DNA from: Clostridia bacterium
Lineage (GTDB): Bacteria; Bacillota; Clostridia; Oscillospirales; CAG-272
Direction: 5' to 3'
Length of the DNA stretch: 64,000 bases
Assembly (NCBI GenBank): GCA_017547755.1
Contig: JAFYOX010000009.1
Coordinates: 5,949 to 69,948 of the forward strand
In this document: positions 36,651 through 47,600 of the stretch, in pieces
Position numbering within the stretch: position 1 is the first letter of the stretch
How the letters are laid out: each line of letters opens with the position of its first letter
Made by a program: the position numbers and the translations under genes
The notes under the pieces: model-generated
Seen by the model: only the letters and a program-made list of their open reading frames with translations
Told to the model about the DNA's origin: nothing
Database searches by the model: none

Positions 36651-37730
36651 TTAACTGTTTTTTCCGTCGTCTGCCGGACCGCTCGGGTCGCCGAGAACTT
36701 CCGAAACACCGCGCGTCAGCTGATCGATGGTTGCGATCACGCGGCGGTAATCCATGCGGGTCGGGCCGATGATGCCGATGGCACCGACGGTCTTGCCGTG
36801 GTCACGCACCGCCTTGAAGATCAGCGTGGAATTGTCCATCACCTTGACAATGTTTTCACGTCCGATGTAGACCTGTACCCGGTCATCCGCCGTATGCTTG
36901 GTCTCTTCGGAGAGGACTTCGAGAAGGTCGTCCTTTTTCTCGAACAGCGCCAGCATATCGCGGAGACGGTCCATATCGTAGAATTCCGGGTAGGCGAGCA
37001 GACGGTTGATTCCTTCAAACCGGAGTTCGCCGCCGTCAAACACGGAGATCGTTTCGCATACGGCTTTGATCACGGGAGAGACGAGGTATTCGTATTCGCC
37101 CATGACGCGTTCCATTTCCATCATCATCGGAAGGGTGATCTCCGCCGCCGTGATGCCGGTGACGTACTTGTTCAGTACTGCGGACAGGCACGCGGCCGCT
37201 TCGTTCGGGATGGGACGGTTCGAATGGACGTATTTTGTCTTGACAATGCCGCCGATGACCATGATCAGGATCAGCGTCATTTCGTTGAGCCGCAGGAGCT
37301 CGTATCTGGCGACGGTAATGCGCGGCTGACGGGGTTTGATCGCCAGCGCGGTATAGTTGGTCAGCTTGGCAGCCAGCGCAACGGCTGTCTGCATGATCGA
37401 GTCCAGTTCGGACTGCTTCTGATTGAGCGTATGCCGGAGTTCGTCCATCTCGCCCTGCGTGAAGTTGTACCGGTCGATCAGCCAGTCCACATAGAAGCGG
37501 TAGCCGGCTTCGGACGGGATCCGTCCGGCGGAAGTATGCGGCTGTTCGAGGAAGCCCATTTCTTCAAGTTCCGCCATTTCGTTCCGGATGGTAGCAGAGG
37601 AGCAGGATATTTGCTTATGTCCGGTCAGGTATTTGCTGCCGACCGGCTCGCCGTTTTCGATGTGTGCGTCAATAATCGCTTTCAGTATGATCTTTTTGCG
37701 TTCACTCAGGTCTTTTTTTCGGTCTTCCAA
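36651..37730 (-). CDS. hrcA: Heat-inducible transcription repressor HrcA
   Basis: The N-terminal winged helix reads LSERKKIILKAIIDAHIENGEPVGSKYL. TTG start. The CIRCE element lies upstream. Confidence 0.9.
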   Translation of the reverse strand: MEDRKKDLSERKKIILKAIIDAHIENGEPVGSKYLTGHKQISCSSATIRNEMAELEEMGFLEQPHTSAGRIPSEAGYRFYVDWLIDRYNFTQGEMDELRHTLNQKQSELDSIMQTAVALAAKLTNYTALAIKPRQPRITVARYELLRLNEMTLILIMVIGGIVKTKYVHSNRPIPNEAAACLSAVLNKYVTGITAAEITLPMMMEMERVMGEYEYLVSPVIKAVCETISVFDGGELRFEGINRLLAYPEFYDMDRLRDMLALFEKKDDLLEVLSEETKHTADDRVQVYIGRENIVKVMDNSTLIFKAVRDHGKTVGAIGIIGPTRMDYRRVIATIDQLTRGVSEVLGDPSGPADDGKNS

Positions 37731-37790
37731 ACATCAACACCTCCCCGGAAAACGGAAAAACCCGTGAAGGGGATTTCTTTTCTCTGAAGT

Positions 37791-37817
37791 TTAGCACTTC
37801 AAAACCGCGAGTGCTAA
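37791..37817. promoter_or_regulatory. CIRCE operator (HrcA binding site)
   Basis: TTAGCACTT-N9-GAGTGCTAA. Confidence 0.95.
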
Positions 37818-37971
37818 ACCGTGATATAAATTTACCATTTTGCGCGCTTCTTTTCAATAACAATATGCGGATTATTTGTTAATTATCTATGAATGAACGC
37901 AGAAAGGCAGAACGCCGTTAGCATTCTGCCCTTTATTTTGTAAAGTTTCCCGGAGATAAACGATCCTCCGC

Positions 37972-38997
37972 TCACACGCCGCAGTCTCCGGCCGGCAGCG
38001 GATAGTATACATCCTTTGCGACCGGCATACCGATGTGCGGGAAGCCCGTTTCGTCGAAGTATACCCGCTGACAGTGGCAGTGGCGCACCATTCCCGTCAC
38101 CGACGGATTGTGGCCGTGCAGACAGTGGTGCGAGATCCAGAGTTCGCTTCCGTCCGGCGAGAAGAAGAACGTCGCGTGACCGGGGCCGTAGTTGCCGTTG
38201 CCCTTGGTCATCACCGGTTCGTCATCCTTCAGCCATGCGGACGCATCCAGCGGATCGTCCCCGACCAGTTCGATGATGCCGAGAATATAGTCGTCGCTCC
38301 AGCAGCCGTTGCCGGAATAAATGATGAACAGACGTCCGTCGCGTTCCACGAAGAACGCGCCTTCGTTGATCGGCGAACCGCCCTTATGATACGGCGGTAC
38401 CAGTTCCCAGTCGTAATCCGCCTGCGCCATGATCGTGTAATCGCCTTCCACTTCGGTCGCGGACTTCATCTTCTGGACTGCCAGCTTCTGCTGACCGTCC
38501 GTGACGATGGAGAAGCAGATGTACCACTGCCCCTTCCAGCAGTGAACCGTCGGGTCAATGGCATATACGTCGTGATTGATGTGACCGCCGAGTTTGAATC
38601 CGTCAAACGGGTCGTCCGTCTTCGCCGCCAGAACGATCACGTGCTTGAAGCCCTTATTTTCCGCCGTCTGGTGCGTGCTGGTGTAGATGTACCAGTGTCC
38701 GTCCACGTAATGCAGCTCCGGCGCCCACAGATAACCGTAGGTGTCGTCCGCCGCATTGGCTTCGTAGATCACTTTCGACTCACCCGCGCGGAACAGTTCC
38801 GCCATCGAGCGTGCGCGGAACAGCGTCAGCGTCGTGTTCCCCGTGGAAATGCCGTAGTAGTATCCGGTTTCCGCACACCAGACCACACGGGGGTCGGCGT
38901 TGTCACGGTTCGGATCCAGCGGATTGTGAAAGCCCATTCCTTCCGCGGGAACCTCCGGTTCCGGAATCACAAATTGACTGTTTTTTCTCAGAAGCAT
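37972..38997 (-). CDS. Glycoside hydrolase family 43-like (arabinofuranosidase/xylosidase fold)
   Basis: The start ATG 38997 lies behind AAGGAG. GH43-like blocks are present: DPRVVW, LWAPELHYVDGHWYIY, AIDPT and INEGAFF. Confidence 0.75.
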   Translation of the reverse strand: MLLRKNSQFVIPEPEVPAEGMGFHNPLDPNRDNADPRVVWCAETGYYYGISTGNTTLTLFRARSMAELFRAGESKVIYEANAADDTYGYLWAPELHYVDGHWYIYTSTHQTAENKGFKHVIVLAAKTDDPFDGFKLGGHINHDVYAIDPTVHCWKGQWYICFSIVTDGQQKLAVQKMKSATEVEGDYTIMAQADYDWELVPPYHKGGSPINEGAFFVERDGRLFIIYSGNGCWSDDYILGIIELVGDDPLDASAWLKDDEPVMTKGNGNYGPGHATFFFSPDGSELWISHHCLHGHNPSVTGMVRHCHCQRVYFDETGFPHIGMPVAKDVYYPLPAGDCGV

Positions 38998-38998
38998 G

Positions 38999-39892
38999 TC
39001 AGATTCTCCTTTTCCTTCGTCTGAAAAGTCCCATAGCGGCTGCGGCAAAAAACACAGCGTATGGGACTGAAGTTTCTCCGGTTTCCGGGGAACATACCGG
39101 TGCTGCAGCCAGCGTATCCACCGCAGCCGTATCCGTTTCCGGAACATCGATCACCGGATCCGGACACATCACCGTATCGGTCTTCGGCACGGTAACATCC
39201 GCCGCATAGGATGCGGAAGCGTACGCACCGGTCTTTTCCGTATATCCGACCCCGTTCACAAGATAAATTCCGCCGATGCGGACACTCGCGTTGCGCACGA
39301 CAAAGCCGCGGCCGCCGTCGTCAAGAACTTTCACGTTCTCACGTTCGAGCACATAGGTCTTTCCGTCCGCCGTCAGCTCGATCTTATGCAGGACGTCTTT
39401 TTCCACCGGGATTTTCACGTGGATCGTTCCGCCGTCCGCGATCGCCTTCTTCAGAACGGCATCCGGCTCATCAAACTCGTCGATCGTTCCGTTCGCACGG
39501 ATCACAAGCGCCGTCACATTCGTCGGCTCGGTTCCGCGGCAGGTCAGAAGGAATCCGACATAACCGTTTTCACTCCGGATCTCCGCAAAGGAAAAATCAA
39601 ATTCGATCGTATAGGAATCCGCCGCCATGGATGCCGGAAGGAGCGCGTACACCCGGTCGTTATCGTATGTATTCAGCTCCAGCACATCGCCGGTACAGGT
39701 GATCTTCGAATTATCCGAACTGGACGTTCCGCGCACGATCCCGGATTTTTCGATCTCCGAGAGCACCGAGAAATCCTGATGATACAGCACTTCTCCGGTC
39801 TTCACGTCTCCCGCAAGAACCGGAACGTTCAGGCAGAGGAAACAGACCGAAAAAAGAACAAGGGCAGTCAAAAGAATGCAGAACTGCTTCAT
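38999..39892 (-). CDS. Cell-wall-anchored surface protein with an SPETG sortase signal
   Basis: It has a signal peptide and the C-terminus SPETGETSVPYAVFFAAAAMGLFRRRKRRI, i.e. an (S/P)PXTG motif, a hydrophobic segment and a basic tail. Confidence 0.75.
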   Translation of the reverse strand: MKQFCILLTALVLFSVCFLCLNVPVLAGDVKTGEVLYHQDFSVLSEIEKSGIVRGTSSSDNSKITCTGDVLELNTYDNDRVYALLPASMAADSYTIEFDFSFAEIRSENGYVGFLLTCRGTEPTNVTALVIRANGTIDEFDEPDAVLKKAIADGGTIHVKIPVEKDVLHKIELTADGKTYVLERENVKVLDDGGRGFVVRNASVRIGGIYLVNGVGYTEKTGAYASASYAADVTVPKTDTVMCPDPVIDVPETDTAAVDTLAAAPVCSPETGETSVPYAVFFAAAAMGLFRRRKRRI

Positions 39893-40076
39893 ACCGCCTC
39901 CGAACATAATATCAAAATAAAATTATGTACATATTATATATCGTTTTTGAGGACCCGTCAAGTATTTATTCACATTTTTTCGATATTTTATCCGATTTTT
40001 TGATACGTTTTGTTCAATAAACCAAAAGATCCGGAACAGGATTTCCATGGATTTCCCGTTCCGGATTTTTCTTCTT

Positions 40077-41498
40077 TTATTCTACCGTCACCGTACCGAC
40101 CGGGTAGAAGCCGTCTTCGCCGTTCTTCATTCCCAGTTCGATCGGACGTTCGTTTTCAAACAGGCCGACATACAGCATAAATTCACCCTGCATGGCGCGT
40201 ACCGGATGGATCGTCAGCGGAACCGCCGTAATCTCACCTGCCGCCCATGCCCGGTTGTCGCATTCGACTTCCTGATTGAAGCAGCCGCGGTCGCCCACCA
40301 TTCTGATCTTCATACTGTACTTGTGGTATGCCTTCGCGAAGCCGCGGTTTTCCACGTACAGCGTCACTTTGTTCGGGCATCCGCCGGTCATGACGCGCGG
40401 CACATCCGCACCGTCGAGGAAATACCAGTAGCCGAGGCGGTTAGCCGCATATTCGGTCAGATAGGGTTCGCGTTCCAGCCACGGAACGGGATATCCGTGG
40501 AATCCGGCGAATGTACAGCCGGTGCGCTGCATGGCGTCGACAAACGGGAAGCCTCCCTTGAAAATTTCGGGAGCCACGCCTGCGTAATGCTCGAATTCCA
40601 GAACAACGGGCGCGTTGTCGTAGAATTTGTCGAACAGCCACGGCGAACGCAGCGTATTGTAGCCGCAGTTTTCCGCGTAATACCGGACGCAGACGGAGTC
40701 GTCTTCCAGACCCATGCCACGGGCCGCCGCATATTCGATGAGATCCATGTTTTCATCCCAGCCGCGCGCCCAGCGGTGATTGATATGGTCGTCGTTGAGG
40801 ATGAGGAAGGTATCCGGGAAATAGCGGCGCGACAGATCGATGTGCTTCTTGATAACGTCCGCCGGGTAGATGATGTCACTGCCGTTGCCGGTGTGTCCTT
40901 CGCCCCAGGTTCCGAATGTGCCGAGGTCGATCAGCTCGATCAGCGGATGGCCGTTGAAGCGGCGTCCGGCTTCTTCAAGGAAGCGTTCGAGGTGTTCGAG
41001 GAAGATCGGGTCGCCGTAATCCGGTTCCAGACGTCCGCCGGGCAGACGGTAGCCGCGTGCACCTTCCTTAAAGACATATTCGGGCGTTGCAAACGGGATC
41101 GATCCGTCGCCTTCGTAGGTCACGAAGCGCATCGCAAAGCGGTAATCATACTCGCTCCACTCGTTGAGGATCTGATAGATGTACGACCAGTCGTATACGC
41201 CCTTTTCCTTTTCAATATCCCCCCAGTCAAAGCGGAGATAGAGGTGATTCAGCCCCGGGAACCGTTCGAGATGGTCAGCGTGGTCATGGCGTACGCGGTA
41301 ATTGTCGCGGAGATAGCCGTTGTCAATGTAATGCCAGTACCAGCCTTTGTGCGGGTTTCGCAGGATCCGGCGGTCGTCCTGGAACGGACGCAGATCGCGG
41401 AAATCCGGAGAAACACGGCGGCGGTCAAACTGAGCGAAGCCGATGGCATTGGCGCTCGCCGGTTCGGGCTTGTCGCAGACGTTCGGGTAATCGAACAT
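40077..41498 (-). CDS. Putative TIM-barrel glycoside hydrolase (DUF4832/GH42-like); function uncertain
   Basis: 473-aa ORF with an AAGGAGG RBS. Motifs NPHKGWYWHY, LRFDWGDIEKEKGVYDW and GTFGTWGEGH are present. Confidence 0.6.
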   Translation of the reverse strand: MFDYPNVCDKPEPASANAIGFAQFDRRRVSPDFRDLRPFQDDRRILRNPHKGWYWHYIDNGYLRDNYRVRHDHADHLERFPGLNHLYLRFDWGDIEKEKGVYDWSYIYQILNEWSEYDYRFAMRFVTYEGDGSIPFATPEYVFKEGARGYRLPGGRLEPDYGDPIFLEHLERFLEEAGRRFNGHPLIELIDLGTFGTWGEGHTGNGSDIIYPADVIKKHIDLSRRYFPDTFLILNDDHINHRWARGWDENMDLIEYAAARGMGLEDDSVCVRYYAENCGYNTLRSPWLFDKFYDNAPVVLEFEHYAGVAPEIFKGGFPFVDAMQRTGCTFAGFHGYPVPWLEREPYLTEYAANRLGYWYFLDGADVPRVMTGGCPNKVTLYVENRGFAKAYHKYSMKIRMVGDRGCFNQEVECDNRAWAAGEITAVPLTIHPVRAMQGEFMLYVGLFENERPIELGMKNGEDGFYPVGTVTVE

Positions 41499-41511
41499 GC
41501 CAGTACCTCCT

Positions 41512-42027
41512 TTACTTGAGCTTCTTGCTCATCCAGAGGTTCAGATCGTCGTCGTTTTCGCACGGTTCGTACTCACCCAGCGGCTTGTCGTTCCACCATA
41601 CGCCGCTTCCGTCGAAATTGTAGCCGCGCGTCACGTACAGACGCTGTGCCGCACCGTAGCCGCTGTGACAGCCGACCGCAAGGCAGACAGTGTCGGACAT
41701 TTTTGCCGCTTCCGCTTCCAGAATGTCGAGCAGACGGGATGCAATGCCGTGCTTCTGGAATGCAAAGAACACTCTGAGGTCGGAAACCAGCGGGAGCCCC
41801 GGGAACGGACCGCTTTTCGCCGCATCGAACAGCGAAACGTGACCGGCAACTTCGCCTTCATATTCCGCAACAAAGGTGGTACGGCCCTTTCCCTGTTCCG
41901 CGAAATAATTCTGATAGGTTTCAAGATTCGGATACCAGCCGTAGGACAGATACGTATCGTAAATGACCTGCGCGTCCGATTCGATCATCGAGCGGATGGT
42001 AAGTTTTTCGTCTTTGTAATAGATCAT
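41512..42027 (-). CDS. GNAT-family N-acetyltransferase
   Basis: Contains FQKHGIASRLLDILE, a Q/RxxGxA-type acetyl-CoA-binding motif. Confidence 0.8.
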   Translation of the reverse strand: MIYYKDEKLTIRSMIESDAQVIYDTYLSYGWYPNLETYQNYFAEQGKGRTTFVAEYEGEVAGHVSLFDAAKSGPFPGLPLVSDLRVFFAFQKHGIASRLLDILEAEAAKMSDTVCLAVGCHSGYGAAQRLYVTRGYNFDGSGVWWNDKPLGEYEPCENDDDLNLWMSKKLK

Positions 42028-42058
42028 ATGTTATCCTCCGAAGAAATTTTCTGTATTT

Positions 42059-42589
42059 TCAGATACTTTTCCGGTCGCCGCGCATCAGTTTCCCGACGAT
42101 CGTACGATCCCAGAGAAGGACGCCCGTCTTTTTCGCCAGTTCCTTTGCGTGCGGCGTGAAGGTGGAGTTCGTCATGACCACGCCGTATTTGCAGTTATAG
42201 AACGCCTTGCCGGTATAGACTTCCTGCACCGGCTTGTTGCCGAGCGGCGACGCATACCGCTTGCACTGGATCGCGTAGCGCGAGGTTCCCCGGACGGCGA
42301 TGATATCCACGCCCTGGTCACCGGAACGCGGCGTGACCTTCACCTTGCGGAAACCGTTTTTCCGCAGAAGCTCGGCGCAGAAATGCTCGAATTCCTGACC
42401 TTTCATGGCGTCGACTTCCGCCATCGACGGAGATTTGAAAGATATTTTCTTTTGGGGTATCGCTTTTTTGTCCGTTTTCTTCTTCGGCGTGAAAATTTTC
42501 CGGATCCTTTTCCCGATCAGAAAGGCAAGAAGAAAGAGAACGGTCAGAAAAACGACGTAAATAATGTAAGTCTTGTATTGGAGCAGCAT
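42059..42589 (-). CDS. Membrane-anchored Mrr-cat restriction-endonuclease-like protein
   Basis: An N-terminal TM segment (IIYVVFLTVLFLLAFLIG) precedes GQEFEHFCAELLRKNGF...GDQGVDIIA...IQCKRY, which matches the D-(D/E)xK core. Confidence 0.75.
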   Translation of the reverse strand: MLLQYKTYIIYVVFLTVLFLLAFLIGKRIRKIFTPKKKTDKKAIPQKKISFKSPSMAEVDAMKGQEFEHFCAELLRKNGFRKVKVTPRSGDQGVDIIAVRGTSRYAIQCKRYASPLGNKPVQEVYTGKAFYNCKYGVVMTNSTFTPHAKELAKKTGVLLWDRTIVGKLMRGDRKSI

Positions 42590-42676
42590 GTTTCGTGTTT
42601 TCTCCGCAGATTCCGCGGGATATTACCAAAAGAACCGCCTCCGGAAAGGAAGCGGTTCTGAAGTTCGAAGTGAGAA

Positions 42677-43789
<1,113 letters not shown>

Positions 43790-44035
43790 TAATAAATCCT
43801 CCTTGGATGTTTCTATCCATAGTTATTTAAGCAGCGGACATATCGTCCGCTGAGGACGTACAAATGTCCATGTACTATTTACCGTGGTATATTGTATCAA
43901 ATCACGCCAGTTTTTTAAAGAGTTTTTTTTACCGAAAATTGATTTATTCCTTTGTATATTCTGTACATTTTTTCTTCCGCCTCTCCGGGGGTCCGGACGG
44001 ATGACAAAGGATGCTTTTCTAATTTTATTAGAAGC

Positions 44036-46201
44036 TCAGAAATCCGCCTTTTCTTCCTTCCGCATGGTCAGTGCGATGCGCTTTTTCCGGACATCCACAG
44101 ACTTGATCCGCACGGTCACAACATCCCCTACGGCGAGGACTTCGGAAGGATGCTTTATGTACCGGTCGGCGATCTCGCTGATGTGGACGAGCCCGTCCTG
44201 ATGCACGCCGATGTCCACAAACGCACCGAAGTCGATGACGTTGCGCACCGTACCGGTCATGGTCATGCCGGGTTCGAGGTCTTCAATGGAAAGCACGCGG
44301 TCGCGCAGCACCGGCGGCGGCAGATTGTCGCGGATATCGCGTCCCGGCTTTTCGATTTCGGCAAGGATATCCGCAAGGGTCGGTTCGCCGCAGCCGAGAG
44401 CTTCCGCCAGCTTCTTCATTCCGCCGTATTTCTTCACGTCGTCCCGGAGGTTCAGACCGCCGCGCACGTCCGCGAGGGTACGTCCGAAAGTCTCCAGAAG
44501 CTTCTTCGTGACCGCATAGGATTCCGGATGCACACCCGTATTGTCGAGGATCTCGTCGCCGTCCGGGATGCGCAGGAAGCCTGCCGCCTGCTGGAACGCC
44601 TTCGCGCCGAACCGCGGCACCTTCAGAATCTCTTTGCGCGTGCGGAATTCGCCGTTTTCCTCGCGGTATTTCACGATATTCTTCGCGGAGGTCATGTTGA
44701 TCCCCGCGATGTAGGACAGAAGCGAGTACGACGCGGTATTGACGTCTACGCCGACGGAGTTGACCGCGTCTTCGACCACGCCGGTCAGGGCTTCGTCAAG
44801 GCGTGCGGGCTTCATGTCGTGCTGATACTGCCCGACGCCGATGGATTTCGGGTCGATCTTCACCAGTTCCGCCAGAGGGTCCTGCAGACGTCTGGCAATG
44901 GAGACCGCACTGCGTTCGGTCACGTCGAAATCCGGGAATTCCTCCGCGCCGAGTTCGGATGCCGAGTATACCGACGCTCCCGCTTCGGAAACAATGATGT
45001 ACTTCGTTTTTCCGCCGAGTTCGCCGAGCAGTTCCGCGATGAATTTTTCGGATTCGCCGGACGCCGTTCCGTTGCCGATGGCAACCACGTCCACGCCGTA
45101 CTTCTGAATCAGACGGGTGACGACTTTTTTCGATTCCGCGATGCGTTCGTGCGGCTTGGTCGGGTAGATCACCGCCGTTTCGACCACGGCACCCGTCTTC
45201 GTGACGATGGCAAGCTTACAGCCGGTGCGGTAGCCCGGGTCGTAGCCGAGGACGGTCTTCCCTTTCAGCGGCGACTGCAGAAGGAGATTTTTCAGATTCA
45301 TCGAGAACAGGGAGATCGCGCTTTCGCCGGCACGGTCGGTCATATCACTGCGGATCTCGCGTTCCACAGACGGCGCGATCAGACGGTCGTAGCTGTCGCA
45401 GACCGCCGCGGAAATATGTACGAACGCCGGGCTTTTCGGGTTCGTGACCACTTCGGAAAACAGATAATTCAGAATGATATCCCGTTCCACGCTGATGGAA
45501 ACGGACAGCGCGTCCTCCTTCTCGCCGCGGTTGACGGCAAGAACGCGGTGGGACGGCATCTTCGCCACGGGTTCGCTGTGTTCGAAATACTGCTCGTACA
45601 CCGCGGCGGCGTTTTCGAGTTTTTTCGTCGAGAGCGTTCCGTGGCGCTCGGTAAGAGAACGGATCTCGCGGCGGTATTCCGCGTTGTCGGAAACATTTTC
45701 CGCGATGATGTCACGCGCACCGGCAAGGGCGTCCTCCGCCGTGGCAACGGATTTTTCTTCATCGATATAGGCGGCAGCCGCTTCCTCGATCGTCGGACGG
45801 TAGGATTTCTCCTGCTTCATCAGAAGATCCGCCAGCGGCTCCAGACCGCGCTCACGCGCCGCAGAAGCGCGTGTACGGCGTTTCGGCCGGAAAGGACGAT
45901 AGATGTCGTCCACTTCGGTCACGGTCTCAGCGGCGGCGATCGCGGCGCTTACGGCGTCATCCAGCTTCCCCTGCGCGTCGATCAGCGCACGGACTTCGTC
46001 CTTGCGCTTTTCAAGATTGCGGAGATACGTCAGACGGTCGCAGAGCGTACGCAGGACGGTGTCGTCCAGACCGCCGGTCACTTCCTTGCGGTACCGCGCC
46101 ACAAAGGGGACGGTGTTTCCTTCGTCCAGCAGAGCCACGGTGGCACTCAGACGGTCGGGGTTGATGTTCAGTTCATGGGAAAGGCGTTCAAGAATATCCA
46201 T
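44036..46201 (-). CDS. Tex-like transcription accessory protein with a C-terminal S1 domain
   Basis: Contains LLDEGNTVPFVARYRKE, a YqgF-like centre and an S1 domain (GTVRNVIDFGAFVDIGVHQDGLVHISE). The start is ATG 46201, behind GGAGA. Confidence 0.9.
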   Translation of the reverse strand: MDILERLSHELNINPDRLSATVALLDEGNTVPFVARYRKEVTGGLDDTVLRTLCDRLTYLRNLEKRKDEVRALIDAQGKLDDAVSAAIAAAETVTEVDDIYRPFRPKRRTRASAARERGLEPLADLLMKQEKSYRPTIEEAAAAYIDEEKSVATAEDALAGARDIIAENVSDNAEYRREIRSLTERHGTLSTKKLENAAAVYEQYFEHSEPVAKMPSHRVLAVNRGEKEDALSVSISVERDIILNYLFSEVVTNPKSPAFVHISAAVCDSYDRLIAPSVEREIRSDMTDRAGESAISLFSMNLKNLLLQSPLKGKTVLGYDPGYRTGCKLAIVTKTGAVVETAVIYPTKPHERIAESKKVVTRLIQKYGVDVVAIGNGTASGESEKFIAELLGELGGKTKYIIVSEAGASVYSASELGAEEFPDFDVTERSAVSIARRLQDPLAELVKIDPKSIGVGQYQHDMKPARLDEALTGVVEDAVNSVGVDVNTASYSLLSYIAGINMTSAKNIVKYREENGEFRTRKEILKVPRFGAKAFQQAAGFLRIPDGDEILDNTGVHPESYAVTKKLLETFGRTLADVRGGLNLRDDVKKYGGMKKLAEALGCGEPTLADILAEIEKPGRDIRDNLPPPVLRDRVLSIEDLEPGMTMTGTVRNVIDFGAFVDIGVHQDGLVHISEIADRYIKHPSEVLAVGDVVTVRIKSVDVRKKRIALTMRKEEKADF

Positions 46202-46215
46202 AGAATCTCCGATGA

Positions 46216-46911
46216 TTATTTTGCAAGCAGAATATTGATCTCTTCTTCGGTCAGTTCGCGCCACTCGCCGCGCGCGAGCTTTTTGTCGAGCGTGAGTCCG
46301 GCGAAGGTCAGGCGTTCGAGGTAGGTGATCTCACTGCCGACCGCGTGGAACATCCGCTTGATCTGGTGGTACTTCCCTTCCGTGACGGTGATCCGTCCGT
46401 GGGTCGCGTCGTCGAGCTGGACCGTGCAGGGCTTGGACGTGAAGTCCGACAGCTCCACGCCGGCTTCCAGTTTCGCCTTCATTTCCAGCGTCAGCGGGAG
46501 GCATTCGAAGCCGTAGGTCTTTTCACGGTGATGCTTCGGCGAAAGAAGCTCGTGCGCTGTGGGGCCGTCGTTGGTCACGAGAAGGAGCCCGACGGTGTCG
46601 ATATCCAGACGTCCGCACGGAAACATACCGAGTCTTGTGAATTCCGGCGGAAGGAGCTTCATGACGGACTTCGGATCGTCGTCCGTGGTGCTGACATAAT
46701 CCGAAGGTTTGTTGAGCATGATATATTTGTACTTTGTCCAGCGCACCGTCTGACCGTCCACGGTCACGGCGGCGGCATTCTCGTCCACTTTGGCAGACGG
46801 ATCACGCACGGCGGCACCGTCCACGGCGACCCGCCCGCTTCGGACGGCGCGTCCGGCTTCACTGCGCGAGAAAACGCCGCTTTCGGCAAGATATTTATCC
46901 AGTCGTATCAT
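46216..46911 (-). CDS. Pseudouridine synthase, RsuA/RluB family
   Basis: An S4 domain (IRLDKYLAESGVFSRSEA) precedes the catalytic GRLDIDTVGLLL motif. Confidence 0.85.
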   Translation of the reverse strand: MIRLDKYLAESGVFSRSEAGRAVRSGRVAVDGAAVRDPSAKVDENAAAVTVDGQTVRWTKYKYIMLNKPSDYVSTTDDDPKSVMKLLPPEFTRLGMFPCGRLDIDTVGLLLVTNDGPTAHELLSPKHHREKTYGFECLPLTLEMKAKLEAGVELSDFTSKPCTVQLDDATHGRITVTEGKYHQIKRMFHAVGSEITYLERLTFAGLTLDKKLARGEWRELTEEEINILLAK

Positions 46912-46946
46912 AAAGACTTCCTCTTCCATAAAGTATATGCGGAGCG

Positions 46947-47069
46947 TTACAGGTAGATCCGGTACAGGATCAGTCCGGCGGCGGCTGCAGCGGTCAGGAT
47001 CGCACCGGCGGAACAGAATCCGATCAAAAAGCTCCGCAGGAATTTCATTATAAAATAATAAGCACGCAT
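46947..47069 (-). CDS. Possible 40-aa hydrophobic peptide
   Basis: ATG 47069 lies 7 nt after GGAGG. The peptide reads MRAYYFIMKFLRSFLIGFCSAGAILTAAAAAGLILYRIYL. There is no other support. Confidence 0.3.
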   Translation of the reverse strand: MRAYYFIMKFLRSFLIGFCSAGAILTAAAAAGLILYRIYL

Positions 47070-47209
47070 ATCAGTACCTCCTCTGCGGGATACCGATAGG
47101 ATTGCCTCTATGATACCATATTTATTCCGCATTTTCAAGGGGCAGAAAACCCCTTCGGAAGGGCTCTGAAAAAAACTTAAAAAAATTTCAAAAAACTTTG
47201 AAAAAGGTA

Positions 47210-47238
47210 TTGACAAATCAAAACGAGTCTGATATAAT
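47210..47238 (+). promoter_or_regulatory. Consensus sigma-A promoter of tRNA-Gln
   Basis: TTGACA, a 17-nt spacer, then TATAAT. Confidence 0.8.
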
Positions 47239-47289
47239 ATACAACGTCAGCGAGAGAGAACAAAAAACTCTCCGAAAGATAAAGCTGAT

Positions 47290-47360
47290 AGCGGTATTGT
47301 GTAAAGGTAGCACAGCAGACTCTGACTCTGTATGTTGGGGTTCGAATCCCTATACCGCTG
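47290..47360 (+). tRNA. tRNA-Gln (anticodon CUG)
   Basis: A hand-folded cloverleaf has acceptor AGCGGTA/TACCGCT, D-stem GTGT/GCAC, anticodon stem GCAGA/TCTGT with loop CTCTGAC, T-arm TGGGG-TTCGAAT-CCCTA and discriminator G. Confidence 0.8.
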
Positions 47361-47371
47361 TTAAAAAGAAT

Positions 47372-47410
47372 GACCGCTTGGACAATCGTCCGGGCGGTTT
47401 TCTTTTTGTT
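47372..47410 (+). terminator. Intrinsic terminator after tRNA-Gln
   Basis: ACCGC-tt-GGAC-aatc-GTCC-gg-GCGGT is followed by TTTTCTTTTT. Confidence 0.65.
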
Positions 47411-47600
47411 GATTCTGACAGGGCTTCCCCCGTTTTTTCCGTCATGTCCGACAATCCGGCCGCTCCTTATCCGCGTTTTCCGAAAAAAGTTTGGGCAACA
47501 TTGCCGTTTGCATTTTACATACCGTCTGTGCTATCATTATAATGTAGGGAATATCGGACTTTGAGACCGGAATTTTTCCGGACACAGGTATTGAATTGTT

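Noticed and set aside
46947-47216. The full 89-aa minus-strand ORF.
   Set aside because: Only the last 40 codons follow a good RBS (GGAGG plus 7 nt). The upstream part overlaps the tRNA-Gln promoter region on the other strand. Only the 40-aa version is kept, at low confidence.
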